Source: Camelus ferus
Lineage: Eukaryota
Assembly (NCBI RefSeq): GCF_009834535.1
Contig: NC_045697.1
Location: forward strand, 15,998,001 to 16,062,000
Length of the DNA: 64,000 nucleotides
Reading direction: 5' to 3'
Shown piece by piece: positions 25,808 through 38,372 of the stretch. Made by a program: the position numbers and the translations under genes. Below the pieces are notes generated by a model. The model was not told the DNA's origin and ran no database searches. It saw only the letters and a program-made list of their open reading frames with translations. Positions within the stretch are counted from its first letter, which is position 1, and the number at the start of each line of letters is the position of its first letter.

Positions 25808-26215
25808 TTTAAGATCAGAACACAATGTGAGATCTTCCCTTTTAACAAATGTTGACTATACAATACATTATTGTTTACTGTAGGTACAATGTTGTATAGC
25901 AGATGTTTGGAAATGACTCATTTTGCTTGACTGAAATTTTATGCCCACTGATTAGTAATTCTTCATATTCCTCTCCCCCTAGCTCCTAGGGACCATGATT
26001 ACATTCTTTGATTCTTTGAATTTGATTATTTCAGATACCTCATATAAGTGGAATCATGTAGCATTTGTCTTTCCAGAACCAGCTAATTTCATTTAACATA
26101 ATGTCCTCCAAGTTCATCTGTGCTGTTGCACATTGAAGAATTTGAGGCTGAATAGTATTCTCCTTTATGTATATACAGTCATCCCTCCATCTCCGTGGAC
26201 TGTGAATCCACATTT
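25808..26215 (-). mobile_element. L1MA/L1MB-type 3' fragment
   Basis: tacaatacattattgtttactgtaggtacaatgttgtatagcagat...agatacctcatataagtggaatcatg...ggctgaatagtattc. Confidence 0.9.
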
Positions 26216-26319
26216 AATAAATTCTGATGGAATGGATGAATAACATAATTAGCACTAAGAAATGCCAGAAATTTTGCTTATGTTCAAGTCTCACAAGACT
26301 TTAAGATATAATGGCCCCT

Positions 26320-26388
26320 ATATTGAGAATTCAGTTTGGCTGGCTGGTTGGTGAGACATGACCAACCTGTCAACAATAAAGGCTTAAT

Positions 26389-26433
<45 letters not shown>

Positions 26434-27062
26434 CATGCTTTCATTTATTTTTGGTAGACACTTAGAGATAGAGTTGCTGGGCAATATGGTAAATTTATAT
26501 TTAATGTTTAAAGAAGTTTCCAAACTATTTTTCAAAGTGATTGTACTGTATTTCCTTCCTATCCACAATTTATAAGGATTCTAGTTTCTCCAGATTCTCA
26601 CTAATATGTGTTATTGTTTCTTTTTTTTAAGGCTTAATGTTAACACTGTATGTCACCAGGAGTCTACGTGTCACTGGGTATTGTTTAGGGGCTCATTGTT
26701 GAGGACCAAGATTTCTGCAAGGCTTTCTACTTTTCCTTGTGGTCTGGAGATGTTTGCTGCACTCTAGCCATCATGTCCTTTTTATAAACAGAAAAGGAAA
26801 AGAACAAGAGCATGTTTCCTGCCTCGGGTTGCTCCTCTTAAAGAGACTTCCTTGAAAACCTTGTCTTTAAGAACTTCTACTTACCTCCCACTGGCCACCA
26901 CCATCTGCGAGAAAATGGGGAAGGCAGGGAGTCCTCTTCTTTATCCTCCTCCTCTTCCTCTTCCTGCTCCATAATTGGGTATATTGTTGGCTCCAAAAAC
27001 ATGGTTCTGTTGCTAAGGAGCAAGGTGATCCTGGTTATGTGGTAGGTAGTAGCAACCTCTGT
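26320..27062 (-). mobile_element. Old MaLR LTR (MLT1J-like), interrupted at 26390-26628
   Basis: ggcttaa...gaggacc...ctctagccatcatgtcc...aacttctacttacctcccactggcca...ggttctgttgctaagga. Confidence 0.65.
26390..26628 (-). mobile_element. Internal old-L1 fragment with (TG)19, flanked by 11-bp direct repeats
   Basis: gagttgctgggcaatatggtaaatttatatttaa...ccaaactatttttcaaagtgattgtac; aaggcttaatg at 26379-26389 and 26629-26639. Confidence 0.8.
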
Positions 27063-27582
27063 CTTGGTCCCCATTTTATAGGCATAGGTAGGAAACAGAG
27101 GCTCACCCTGTAGAGGTCTTTATTATTTACACTGTGGCTTTAAGGATTTTGTTTATCACATCACACAGTGATCTCTTTGGAGAACCCCAGAACAAAATCC
27201 TATTGCTAGTGATTCTCCAAGCAGTCAGTGGCTTATGAGAGCTGGAGATTCTGCAAATGGTTGTTTGTCCTTCTTATGCTCACTGCTAAGAAGCACGAGG
27301 AAGTGTAGAGGTCTATCTGACAACCATTAAGGGATATTCAACTCTTGCTTCATTTTTCTTTTCCCAAAATTCCTGGCTGGACTACATGCATTTCTTTAAG
27401 GCATGTGAAGCTATTTTGAGGACAAAAAGAGTGTAAGTGAACAATAACACACACATATGTAAATATATCAATGCATAAAATGAAAGATCTGAGAGTTTGT
27501 GTAATAAGCTTTTATTATGGACAATTAGAGAGGAATCAGGAGTTCACCCTATCTCCATGATTCCAAAATCTGTCCTTCTCCT

Positions 27583-27766
27583 GCAGGGGTTCTCAACCCT
27601 GACTGCACGTTGGAATCTGCTGGGAGTTTAAAAAAAAAACTCAGTGCTCAGGTCACACCCTAGATTAGTTATAAATCAGAATCTCTGGAGGTTGAACCCA
27701 AGCATCAGTATTTTTTAAAATCTCCCCAGATGATTTTAATGCATATCTAAGGTTGAGGACCACTAC
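27583..27766. mobile_element. MER5A1/MER5B-like hAT-Charlie MITE
   Basis: caggggttctcaaccctgactgcacgttggaatc...aatcagaatctctgg...ctccccagatgattttaatg...ggttgaggaccact. Confidence 0.9.
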
Positions 27767-28278
27767 TCTTAAATTTCTCTTAAGCAAAATAAATGAAGTG
27801 TGAAGTTCTCTAAGGAGAGTACATCTTAAAAATTATTTTAACTTATCCCAGTGGTTTTCTCATCTGCTTCATTTTCTTCTAGTGAGACCACCAATATGTA
27901 AAACAGATGAAAACAGGGCTTCCTCCACTGAAGAAGGAGGAGGTGGTGGTGGGAGCCTGGCTGCCATTCATCACCCCTCAGACCACTTATCCCTTGCAGA
28001 TGGCCCTCGTGCCCACCAACAGGATAATGGGTGACTTATATCAATTCATCCCATGGAGTGGATTTTTTAACGAGCCAACAGGCAATCTGATCATGGGAAA
28101 AGCCTTAGTCCTATGGGTGTTTGCAGTGCTGTCTTCTTTTTGTATGTAGACGACTTCAGTTTCCATCCCCTTACCTGTGGCTGTTCAGAGGACAAGAAGC
28201 TAAAAAAGAGCCCCAGGATCAACAGCAGAAACATACAAGTATCGGGAAGGTTATGCTCCCTCTCAGCTCATATGGTCT

Positions 28279-28281
<3 letters not shown>

Positions 28282-28317
<36 letters not shown>
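28282..28317 (+). repeat. (GT)18 microsatellite
   Basis: Counted directly. Confidence 0.97.
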
Positions 28318-28319
<2 letters not shown>

Positions 28320-30537
28320 CTGTCTGTCCATCTGTCTTCATCCCCACACCCCCAAGGGTGTAACTAATCAATCATGTGGACTTACACAGCAGAATCCTCA
28401 AACTCAAACTTCTACAGAGTCCAGGCAGAAAGCTAAGCTTCCATGTTTAGGATGCCCCTGTGGAGAACAGGAGTGTAGACGTCCTTCCTAAAGGCATTTT
28501 TATGAAATAAAAATTCTAAACTCTGCATTGGCAAACAAATAGACAGATACATACACATATTTTCTGCACATAAGGAACTTTAGTGAGGTGCCTGGTGAGG
28601 TGAAATTTATCTTATTTTACTTACCTTAAGTTGTAGCTCTAGGGGCTGGGAATTGCTCTGTTAGGGGGACCCAGCCAGTGGGCTTACAGCATCATTATAT
28701 TTTCAGGGAAGACTTACTCAGTTCTGCAGCTGTCAGATGAGTGTGGGCACGTTAGCGTGGGACTGAAAATTGTGAGTCCTGACCAGGCTATCCCCTCCTA
28801 ATGCAGAGTTGATCCAACAAGCGTGGGGCAGGCAAATTTGCACAGGGGCCAAGGTATCTCCTAGAAGAATAGCTTGCAGCTAAAATCTCTCTGATGGATT
28901 GAGATGGTCCCAACTGACCAGTAGAAAAGAACCCCAAGGGTAGTAAATTGGATTTGTAAAGATACTCATACCTTGAAATAGGTGAAGCAGGAGACTGGGA
29001 TGTCAGAGAAAGGATTGTTAATGAAGTGAGACATACATTCCAAATGGACGCCCTTTCAACAAACCTGCTGCAGGAGCCCTAGGAACTGTGAAGCTGATTT
29101 GAGTTCCCATTATCCCTGAACTTGAAGCTCAGTCGGGTGAAGAAGGGGACAGGGTTGGAGCAGATGGCATGGTTGTGTGTGGGTAGAGTTCAGCAGGGCA
29201 GAAAAAATAGATACTTGAAAAATTACAACTCAAGGCAGAATGAAAACCGCCACATTCATGACATGCCACCATGATCACTGGAAGAGGGAAGCCCATGCGG
29301 TTGGACACAGCTCCCCAGCACTAAAAATAGGCCTAAACATTTTCCATGATGGAAGGCTGGCAGGGAGGGTTGCAGAGTTAAGGAGATGGGAAGAGGCGTG
29401 GAACAGTCCCAGTGCACAGTGCAGACGTGAGTCAGTCAGGAGTGGCTGCCTGACGGATTGCTAAACTACACCTAATATTTTCCTTCCTGAGTTTGGAGTC
29501 AACTGAGAAGGGAACGCAGGAGTTAGATAACTTGTGAGCACAAGATCAGCTTTGTGTCGATCAGGCTCATGGAGGTGCAGCTTGGGTGTCTGAGTTTCTA
29601 AGACTTGCTTTCATGGGATTACACTAAACCAGTGAGTGGAAGGTAAAGGCAGCAGTTGCTGTCCTGCTCTCCTCACCAAGGGCAGGTTTCTTTACATAAA
29701 TGCGTCTTAAAGAAAGACAGTTCTGAAAAAGAAGACAGAAAGAGCTAAGCCACACTTGCCGAGTGTCTGTGCCTACTTTTCTGAATTCCCTGTCTGACCT
29801 TCTTCTGGAGGACCCATAAGAACAGTGAAGAGAGACCAGCATTTTTACTCAAATTGAATTTTTCTCATGGGAATATAAGGACAGGAGGATGGAGATTCTC
29901 TTCCAACCTTTTTACAAACTTCTTACCCCGAAACAAAATAGCATAAGACCTTCATCACTTAATTGTGCTCAAAGAGTCCCTTTCTCTGTCTCCCTCTTTC
30001 TCATTTTCACTAAAGTGAAATTTTGTCATTTATCTGTGACCCATCATGTCATCTTCTAAAATCTCCAGATTCTACAGTGACTACATTTGAATGGATGACT
30101 AGTTTTCTCTTAAATTCCATGCCCGTAGGTGTTTCGTTGTCTTTAGAAGCACAAGGCAAGAGTTACATGCCTTTTCAGCTCACGCTAAAGTTTTATCTCT
30201 CACTTGAGGATCATTTGTCTCAAAGAAACAAAGGTTTTATTACTCACTGGAGTAACTATGTACACAACATGAATAGAGAACAGCAGACCTGTGCTGAGAG
30301 GCTACCGTTGGGCAGTTAGCTAGACTCACCCCCCAAATAAACAATTAAATCTGAGGATCCACATTGGTGTAAAAAGGGTCTTCAGCTCATTCCTGAATAT
30401 GTGAAATTTTATTGAAGTCCAAGAATTTCCAGAACCCACACCATATTTCCCCATGCATCGTAAATAAGTATTTGTGTCTCTTCCTTCTCAACCATACCTT
30501 GAGTCCTGTGTCTTTCATTATATTTTAAGAATTAAGT

Positions 30538-30815
30538 CCACCATAGAAAACAAAACAGGATTACCAAAGGGGAAAGGGTGGGGAGGAATAAATTAGGGTT
30601 GGGGATTAACAGATGCATATTACTGTATATAAAATAGATAAACAACAAGGACCTACTGTATAGCACAGGGAGCTATATTCAATTTCTTGTAATGACATAT
30701 AGTGGAAAAGAATCTGAAAAGAAAAAAATACACATGTATGTATAACTGAATCACTTTGCTGTGCACCTGTAACTGACACTGTAAGTCAACCATATTTCAA
30801 TAAAATTAAAAAAAA
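30538..30815 (+). mobile_element. 5'-truncated L1 with poly(A) tail and TSD
   Basis: tatataaaatagataaacaacaaggacctactgtatagcacaggg...ttcaataaaattaaaaaa; TSD aagaattaagt at 30527-30537 and 30816-30826 at a TTTT/AA site. Confidence 0.93.
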
Positions 30816-30868
30816 AAGAATTAAGTTCCCAATACTGTGTTTAATAATATGCATTTAAAATATTTGTC

Positions 30869-30995
30869 GGGGGGGAGGGGCATAGAGCAGTGGTAGAACA
30901 CGTGCTTATCATGCACAAGGTCCTGGGTTCAAACCCCAGTACCTTCTCTAAAAATAAACAAATAAATCTAATTACCCCTGCCACCCCTCCCCCCC
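30869..30995 (+). mobile_element. tRNA-derived camelid SINE (Vic-1-like)
   Basis: A box tagagcagtgg, B box ggttcaaaccc, tail aataaatctaattacccc; TSD aaaaYatttgtc at 30857-30868 and 30996-31007. Confidence 0.88.
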
Positions 30996-31557
30996 AAAAC
31001 ATTTGTCAGAGGGTGGAATGGAGTCATTTATCAGAGCAACGTAGTATTTGTCTTGTGCTCATCTCATGTAACAATCTTTGGAACAAGTCATTTAAGGAAA
31101 TGCCCACGTGGCAGAGCCACACCCCAGCTCTAGGCAGGTGTGTGGTTATTGTCAGCAGTGTATGGAGTGAGCCCTATGAGTTGCTGGACAGTGACAGTCC
31201 AATCATCTGTGTCTTCAGGTACAAATGGAGTTTGCCATGGTGTACTTAGTGTCACCTAACATGACTTAGAGATTGAGTTCCTGTAGTGGTTTTATCACTC
31301 GGGAGCCCTAGACCTCTGAAGAGGCCTGAGCTATTACTGTATAGAGAATCAGGAAGGGTTGTGATGGAAAAAATATGTCTCATGGTTTTCCATGTCAGGA
31401 TCTTAGGGAAACCTAAATACGTTCTGTCGGGATCTAAACTGAATCTTCTGGCTTCCCAGGGCAGATCTGGCTAGACTTGGGTTGTGAGGCCTGGGACAGA
31501 GGAGGATTGTCTCACTGAGTCTAGGGGGTGCCAGAGCCTTAGTCAGGAAAATAAGAG

Positions 31558-31991
31558 TCCGTACTTTCCTAGGGCTGCTGTAAGTGGGTGGCTCACAACA
31601 ATAGGAATGTATTCGCTCACGTTCTGGAAGTCAGAAGGCTCAAATCAAGGTGTTGGCTGGGCTGGTTCCTTCTGGAAGTGCTGAGGGAGAATTCGTTCTG
31701 TGCCTTTCTCCTAGCTCCTGATGGTTGCTGGAAATCTTGGCCTTGCTTGGTTTGCAGACACGTCACTTCAGTCTTTGCCTCCATTCATACACAGAGCTCT
31801 CCCTTGAAAGTCTTTGCCCAAATCTCTCTCTTCTTATAAGGACATCAGTGATTGGATTAGGGCCCACCCTAATCTATTATGACCTCATTTTTTCTTGACT
31901 GTATTTGCAAAACCCCTGTTTCCAAATAAGGTCAAATTCTGAGGTTCAGGGTTAATATGAATACTTGGAGGACAATATTCAGCTCAGTACA
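31558..31991 (-). mobile_element. MaLR solo LTR (MLT1C-like)
   Basis: tttcctagggctgctgtaa...aaatcaaggtgttggc...cttataaggacatcagtgattggattagggcccacccta...tttccaaataaggtca. Confidence 0.9.
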
Positions 31992-32650
31992 GGGCCCAAC
32001 AGGCTAAAAAGGAATTCTACCAAAAAAATGGGGTCCAGGGTCAGGGTTATCACAGCCTCTGTGATAAAGAAGCAGGTAGCCAAGGAGAAGAGAGTAAGTG
32101 AGGGTACTTCTACCCAGAGAAGTGGGGAGGGGTAGGGAGCAGATCTTGTGATCCTCCAGTGAAAACTGGTCTTTTCTGTTCCCCCTTGCAGCCTTCATGC
32201 CGTTCCCAGACTGCAATGCTTTGACACAGATATAAAATTAAGCATGTTTTTATATCCCAGAAAAGTTCACTTATATAAAATTATGAGTGATCAGTGTAGA
32301 CCTTACTGAAGATTTCACAGTGGAGAGCTGTACACTGTGTACCCAACAGCAAACAAGTTACAATTCACAGCTTACCTTTTTTTTTTTCTCCTGAAACATT
32401 GCTACTGACAGTTTCTCTCTCTTGCCTTCCTCTTTCTTCAGTCCAGAGTCTATTTGGAATTTTTCTCCTTCCGTTATTCACAAAAATCAAGTTGTCCCTC
32501 TGGCTCCTACTCCAAAAGCACACACTTATTCATCTGAATGCTTTCTAGAACAAAAACTCTGTTTGTTACCACTACCTAACCTTTTCAGAAGGCGATCAGG
32601 ATCAGCACAAGCAAGTATTGTTTTGCTGCTGTTGTTGTTGGTTTGCCCTT

Positions 32651-32767
32651 AAACTAGACTGTAAGCTACTTTGATGGTGAGAACAATTATTTTCATCTTC
32701 AGGTCCTCTGCAGCACCTAGCATGGTATTTCCCACATGTGAGGTACTTAATAGCTGCTGTCTAATAA
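32651..32767 (+). mobile_element. L2 3' end fragment
   Basis: actagactgtaagct...cagcacctagcatggta...aggtacttaata. Confidence 0.7.
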
Positions 32768-33130
32768 GGACACTATTGATGCACAAATCTGTGCTTTTAT
32801 CTTTCCATTAAAGGTTTGCTGTCGTGCTCTATAGCCATCACCTTACTTGTCTTTTTAAAGTACCACCTTTCTAAAGAAGCTGTTGTGAAGCAGAGAAACA
32901 ATTTTTAAAAAATCACTTATTCCCCCTCATGAGCAAGTGTCTAAATGTACTTGCATTTGTTCTAAGAAGGAATCATCCAGTCCAAAAATATTTATTAAAT
33001 GACAACTTTGTGAATATTAGAATATTAAAGAAATATGAGATATGATTTCCTTCTTGTACAAGCTTACATTCTAATTGAGATTATTTTTGTGCATGGAGGA
33101 GGAATTTAAATCCTTGTGGTTTGCTATGAT

Positions 33131-33330
33131 AGACCTGGCATTCAAATTCTCACCCTACCACTAAAAGGTTACTTAACTTTGAACATATTTTAACATATCT
33201 GAGACTCAGTTTCCTCATCTATAGAATGGGGATGAAAATAGTACACAATAGAACTATCGGGAGAGTAAAGTAAGATAATGTTTCCTCTGCACCAACATAG
33301 CTTGCACTCAATGCCTGCTGGCTATCATTG
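33131..33330 (+). mobile_element. MIR SINE
   Basis: agacctggcattcaaattc...tctgagactcagtttcctcatctatagaatggggatgaaaatagtac. Confidence 0.85.
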
Positions 33331-34526
33331 TGATCACTATTTGAAATTAATGATGAAAGTAAGTGCTCTGAGATTTCCGGAGGGAGAGCCTTTTGATTGG
33401 GAAGGCTCAAAAAAAGCCACACAGAAGATGGAGTTTTTGAGGTGGTCTTGTAAGAATGGTTAGGATTCCCAAAGGCAGAAGTAAGACATTCTTGAAGAAT
33501 AATGGTAACAGTGCAGAGGTTGCAGAGAAGGCTTGAAGTAGGGGCTCAGACCGAACTGTGAAAAGAAAACAGTACTAGAGAAAACACAGCCATTCTCAGA
33601 CGATGAGAGTAAAGTTTGGTGGTCACACTGTGGCATCTTGTTTCCAGTCTCCCCATCTCCCAGGCCAGGCTGCAGTCATTAGTGATGTGTTTTATACCCT
33701 ATAGGTGTCATCACCTGGTAGATACAAACTGGGAGGAAGCATGCGGCTCCAAACTAGTTGTTCACCTCCAATTAAATAGTCCTGGTGCTTGATGTGTTTC
33801 CTGTGAGTTGTTGCAAGCACACATTTGACTCCCTTCTAAAAGTTCATATTAAAAGGAATCAAACTTCCAAAATTAGCCTCGTAATTAAAATTTGACTTTG
33901 ATCAGTAGCTGCTGAGAGGGTCATTAAGAGCCATGAATGTGCTGACACAGGGGGTTGTTGGGCGGATGAGGTGAGGAGAGAAGCAGGGTGATTGGAAACA
34001 AATAAAAAATTGTTAAGAAGCATTATCGAATTGCAAATATCAATTATTATGGGTCTATGGATGAGCGATTATTACATTAAAAACATTCTTGGCAGGCAGC
34101 CCGTATGGGCGTAGATAGCTGTGACTCCATCAGAGCTCGGCTTTAATTTGATTTTTGCAAACATGTTTTTGGTTTCTTTTCCTTTGATCGGTTTTAGAGA
34201 ACACTGGACAGCAGCTGTGTAGAAACTGCATCTAACTCTCTGTAAAACTTGTCCAAAGATGATTTTTGCCTCCTGCAAAGCTTGGAGAATGTCATCTCTG
34301 AAGGAGGAGAAGAGAAAAAACCATGAAAGGTGGAGGGATTCTCATGCTGAGTGTGGAAGAGACAAGGCTGCCTTTTCCAGAACCAAAGAGCAGTAATCAA
34401 GGAGGGACAGACGAAGGAGCTCATGGTTTGTTTTGCTTTCTTGATAAAGAATAATGACTTGCTGGCATGAACGATGAAGGTTGATGGGGCAAAATAATGC
34501 AAGAAAGACAGTGGCTTTAGCCCTCC

Positions 34527-35000
34527 ATGAGCCACCTGTGTATGGTGGCTGCCAAAAAGACTAATATGATCCTAGGCTGCAATTATAGAGAATAGAAGAA
34601 GTGATCATTCCCCTTTCTCTGCACACCTGGAGTGACACATTCACATTTAAGTGCATGGCATGATCCCTTGTCTGCCTAGTGTATTCCTATTTATCTTTCC
34701 AAGCCAGCTCAAGGTCACCTCTTCTATGACACTTTTCCCCACCCCACGCTCACCAGATTTAATCTCTGCCATCTAATGCAGGCTCAGTTGTCCTACTACA
34801 TTCATACCTTTTCACTGCCATATTGCTTATGTGCCGTCTGCCCTGCAGGGCCAGATCCATGTCCACTCTATTTTGTTTTCAGAGATCCTGGCATCTGGTA
34901 GGGACCCAGTCCAGATTTATGGAATTGAGTGGAACAGGCCAGCCAGAGTGTGTTTAGAGAAGATCAAGTAGGAAGGTGAAAGAACTTGAGATCATGCTGA
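34527..35000 (+). mobile_element. L3/CR1 LINE fragment, interrupted by an L2 3' end (~34660-34935)
   Basis: gtggctgccaaaaagactaatatgatcctaggctgca...cacacctggagt is the CR1/L3 RT-region signature; appears to resume at agagtgtgtttagagaag...aggtgaa. Confidence 0.7.
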
Positions 35001-36059
35001 AACCCAGCTGGAAACAGGTCACACTAAGTTAGCAGGTTATCTAGTACTGAGCTGCTTCCACATAGGGGACGGAGGCTCACCCCTTCATAGGACATACCAT
35101 AGAAAAGGTCTGCAGATGGACTGGGAACAGAGACCCCAAGGGAAGCTGGAAGCTACTCTTTGCCTTGTTCTAAGAGTAAGAATGAGAAGGTTATATGTAA
35201 AGTGAAAAAGCCAGTCGTGTCATGTAAAAAAAGAAGTTATTTTCAAAGGAATTCGGGTCTTCAAACATACAACTGAATTTCTGCCAGAATTGGAAACAAT
35301 TTCTGTGGGTCTTAGAAAGTAATGCCAATGACTGAAATCCCAAAGATGATGGTGACCAGAAACACCACATCGTATACAATGAAAGTCAAAGTGTAAGCCA
35401 CATCAAAGAGGCTTGAGATATCCCAGTCACCAAAGGTGAAGAAAAGGATGTGCAGAAGGGGACATTTTGTTCCTGGGGAATTCTAGCTTTCACTCATCGT
35501 ACGTCAACTCATTGTTATTGTATTTATAGTTTTACAGTGCTTCCTGCACAACTGCAACCAACCATTACAAAAGTGCTAGAATAAAAACTGGGCAAGCATT
35601 TGCTGCCAGTATTTCAGATATTCTCCGGAATATCTGACAGTGGGGGAGGAAATGGAGGATGAGGGAGGAAAAGGAAACTTATGACACATAGTAGAAGTTG
35701 GGAAAGGTGAGCTGGCCTCTTAAAAAGTCATATAAAGAAATAAAAATGATTGAGGAACATGCTAAATGGTCACACGTACGAGGGACTGTGATATTCAAGA
35801 GGGAGTATGCCCATCTAACCTTCTCCAGATGGATAAATACAAGACCAGCAGGCAGCAAATAATGTTTTTTGGTTGAAAATATTATAAATTGACTTTACCT
35901 AGTTTGAGGCAAAAATCAAATTTATGAGAAAATCTTGAGTGCCCACAGATCTGAAATTTAAGTTGAAGAATCTGTTCTTTCAGGAAACCAGGGTCTTAAA
36001 GGTACTGCCATTAGGATGAATTAGTCCCAGCTCTTTTCCTCTCTTATCCCCTTACACTC

Positions 36060-36260
36060 AGAATTTAGATCCCTGTGAGATAAATTTGAATTGTCATAGC
36101 TTGGATCACGTGAGCAGTCCTTGGCTAACAGAGAAGAGGATGCCTCGACTGATGGTACCAGTAAGACAGCATTAAACAAGGAAGAACAATTCCTCAAAGG
36201 GAAACCAAGGTGCTTCCTTCAGAAGAAGAGGAAATGCAAGATGCAGAGCTGAAATGTTAC
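36060..36260 (-). mobile_element. Old MaLR LTR fragment (MLT1K/L-like)
   Basis: agcttggatcacgtg...ccttggc...aattcctcaaagggaaaccaaggtgct...cagaagaagaggaaatg. Confidence 0.6.
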
Positions 36261-37789
36261 TTATCTGCTGCAAATGCATGGACGATTCCAGAAATTCCCT
36301 TTGACCCAAGGCATTTGGATGGGGGTTGAATGACTATTTGTCAAGCACACTGTAGGAAAAATAATTGAGTGAGTAATTAGATTGCATAACCTCCTCTCTA
36401 ACCCTGAAATTTGACGTCTCTGGGATTTGGGGAAAAGGATCAAATCATGAGACTCCCTTTAGGAGGAAGAATGAAACCTTTTTTTTTTTTTTTCACTATT
36501 CCTATTCACAAGCTTATTTGCAAATATCCAGGATCAACCTGTATATACACAAACAAAAATACATCGATAAGCAACCCACAGTGCAAACAGCTTGTAATTA
36601 AAGAACCAGACTAATGCAACATTTTCCCACTTACAACTCTTCCCTACTGCTAGTGTTCTTTAAGCCTTCTGTTATCAGGCTTTAAGTTGTACGCAATAAA
36701 TACATACACATGTGTGAAGAGATTTAAGTATATTTTTATAAATGTAAATTAAGGATCTTTATCCAACTGCTCTGGGTTTTCAGTCTGGTTTATAGTGGCT
36801 AAAAATTGCAGCTGAAAATAATTCCCCAGATAAGGTCATTTCTTCTCATTTGAGAAGTACTGGGAAGGCTATAATAGGATTCTTTTAAGTTTTGAGATAT
36901 TTGGGTTCTGTTACTTGACAGGTATTAATAATGATGGTTTCTATTCTGATTATATTACAGAATTATAGATATCTCAGGGTGGAGGGCATGTTGAGATGTC
37001 CTCCAGAACATGTCCCTGGGACACCAAAAAAATTTACTTTAGACAGAATGGAAAGACAGATACAATTGGAGAGATGGGTTCTACTCAGGGAAACATAGGG
37101 AGCATAATACGGTCTGAAAAAGGTTTTTCTCCTATTTCTAGTCATAAGGAGCAGTCTTAGATATGTAGCCCATGTCTCTGAAATATAAGATCTTCAGGGA
37201 CCATTTACTGATGAAGGTATTGAAATGGTTCTCAACTTATCTGCAGAACTTACCTGAAGAATATTTCAAACTACCTTTAGTAACAGCAATTTACTAAGGC
37301 AATGTTTCTCAGTGGTGGAGAAGGGGAACACTTACGGACATCAAAATCTTGGGGGTTCAGAGGAGTGTGTTATTGTCCCCATATGATCTTGATGTAACTC
37401 CCTCACTGTACCTCATTACCTCCAAGTTGAGAGTAAGTGGTTGATGGAGCAAATGATAGATGTTTGAAACTGAGATAGTTCTTTTAACTACAGAGTTTGC
37501 TGACCCTAAGTGTCTGATTTACCGGGGAGTAAAAATGGAATAAAACATCCTCATGTTCTTCTGCAAATCTTCAAAGAGTTGGAAGAAACAGAAGAGCTAA
37601 CTTTTATCATGTCCATAGCACATGACCAGAACATGTCCCTTTACCCATCATCAACACCGTTGCCTCAGTTACCTCAGAATGCATCTCATTTTCACATTTA
37701 AATTTGTGTCTCACTATGATAACCAGATATTTAAGTTCAACCTTGATCTCCATGGCTAAGAAATTGCGCATCTAGACTATACATCCTTA

Positions 37790-38372
37790 TGTAGCGGAGG
37801 ACAAACATTCTTTTCTCTTTATCTCATCTTGGGTTCATTGGCTGGGTCCCTATAAATTAGATTGACAGAAGGCAGATGAACAGGAGAAAAACAAACAAGT
37901 TTATAAACACGAATGTTGCATATATATACATGGGAGCACTCAGTGATGACTAACTCAAAGGGGGTGGTTAGAACTCGAGCTTATGTAGAATCTTAGCAAA
38001 GAATGACAATTTTGTAGGGAAGTGAGAAGACAAAGAAGAGGGACTTTGAGCTTCTAAGAGAGGCACATTGTGTGAAGGCAAAGATATAAGGAAACTAAGG
38101 GTAGACAAGGGCTAGTTTTAGGAAGATTTGTTATATAGATTCCTCTGAGAGTGTCTGGGCTGATGCGAGCCTAGAGTTGTCTCCAGGGATTAACTTCTGT
38201 CCCTCCTGATAGGGCAGAAGGGATCCCTTTACAAATTATGTCCCACTTTGGGGCAAATAGATGGAGACCAGAGAGCTTTTCTTGTATCTGCTTCTTCTCA
38301 ATTGCCTTCAGCTCGGAATACTCCTTAGGTCCAAGTGCCATATTTTGGGGTGACATATTCTGCTGCACTTTT
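37790..38372 (-). mobile_element. ERV1 solo LTR (MER34 family)
   Basis: cagagagcttttcttgtatctgcttcttctcaattgccttcagctc...catattttggggtgacatattctg; probable 4-bp TSD ctta (37786-37789, 38373-38376). Confidence 0.88.

Noticed and set aside
27880..28250. Possible exons after ttttcttctag and tttgtatgtag
   Set aside because: Weak donors and no recognisable coding content
30869..30945. tRNA gene
   Set aside because: tRNA-like A/B boxes are followed by a SINE tail and flanked by a TSD, so this is a SINE head
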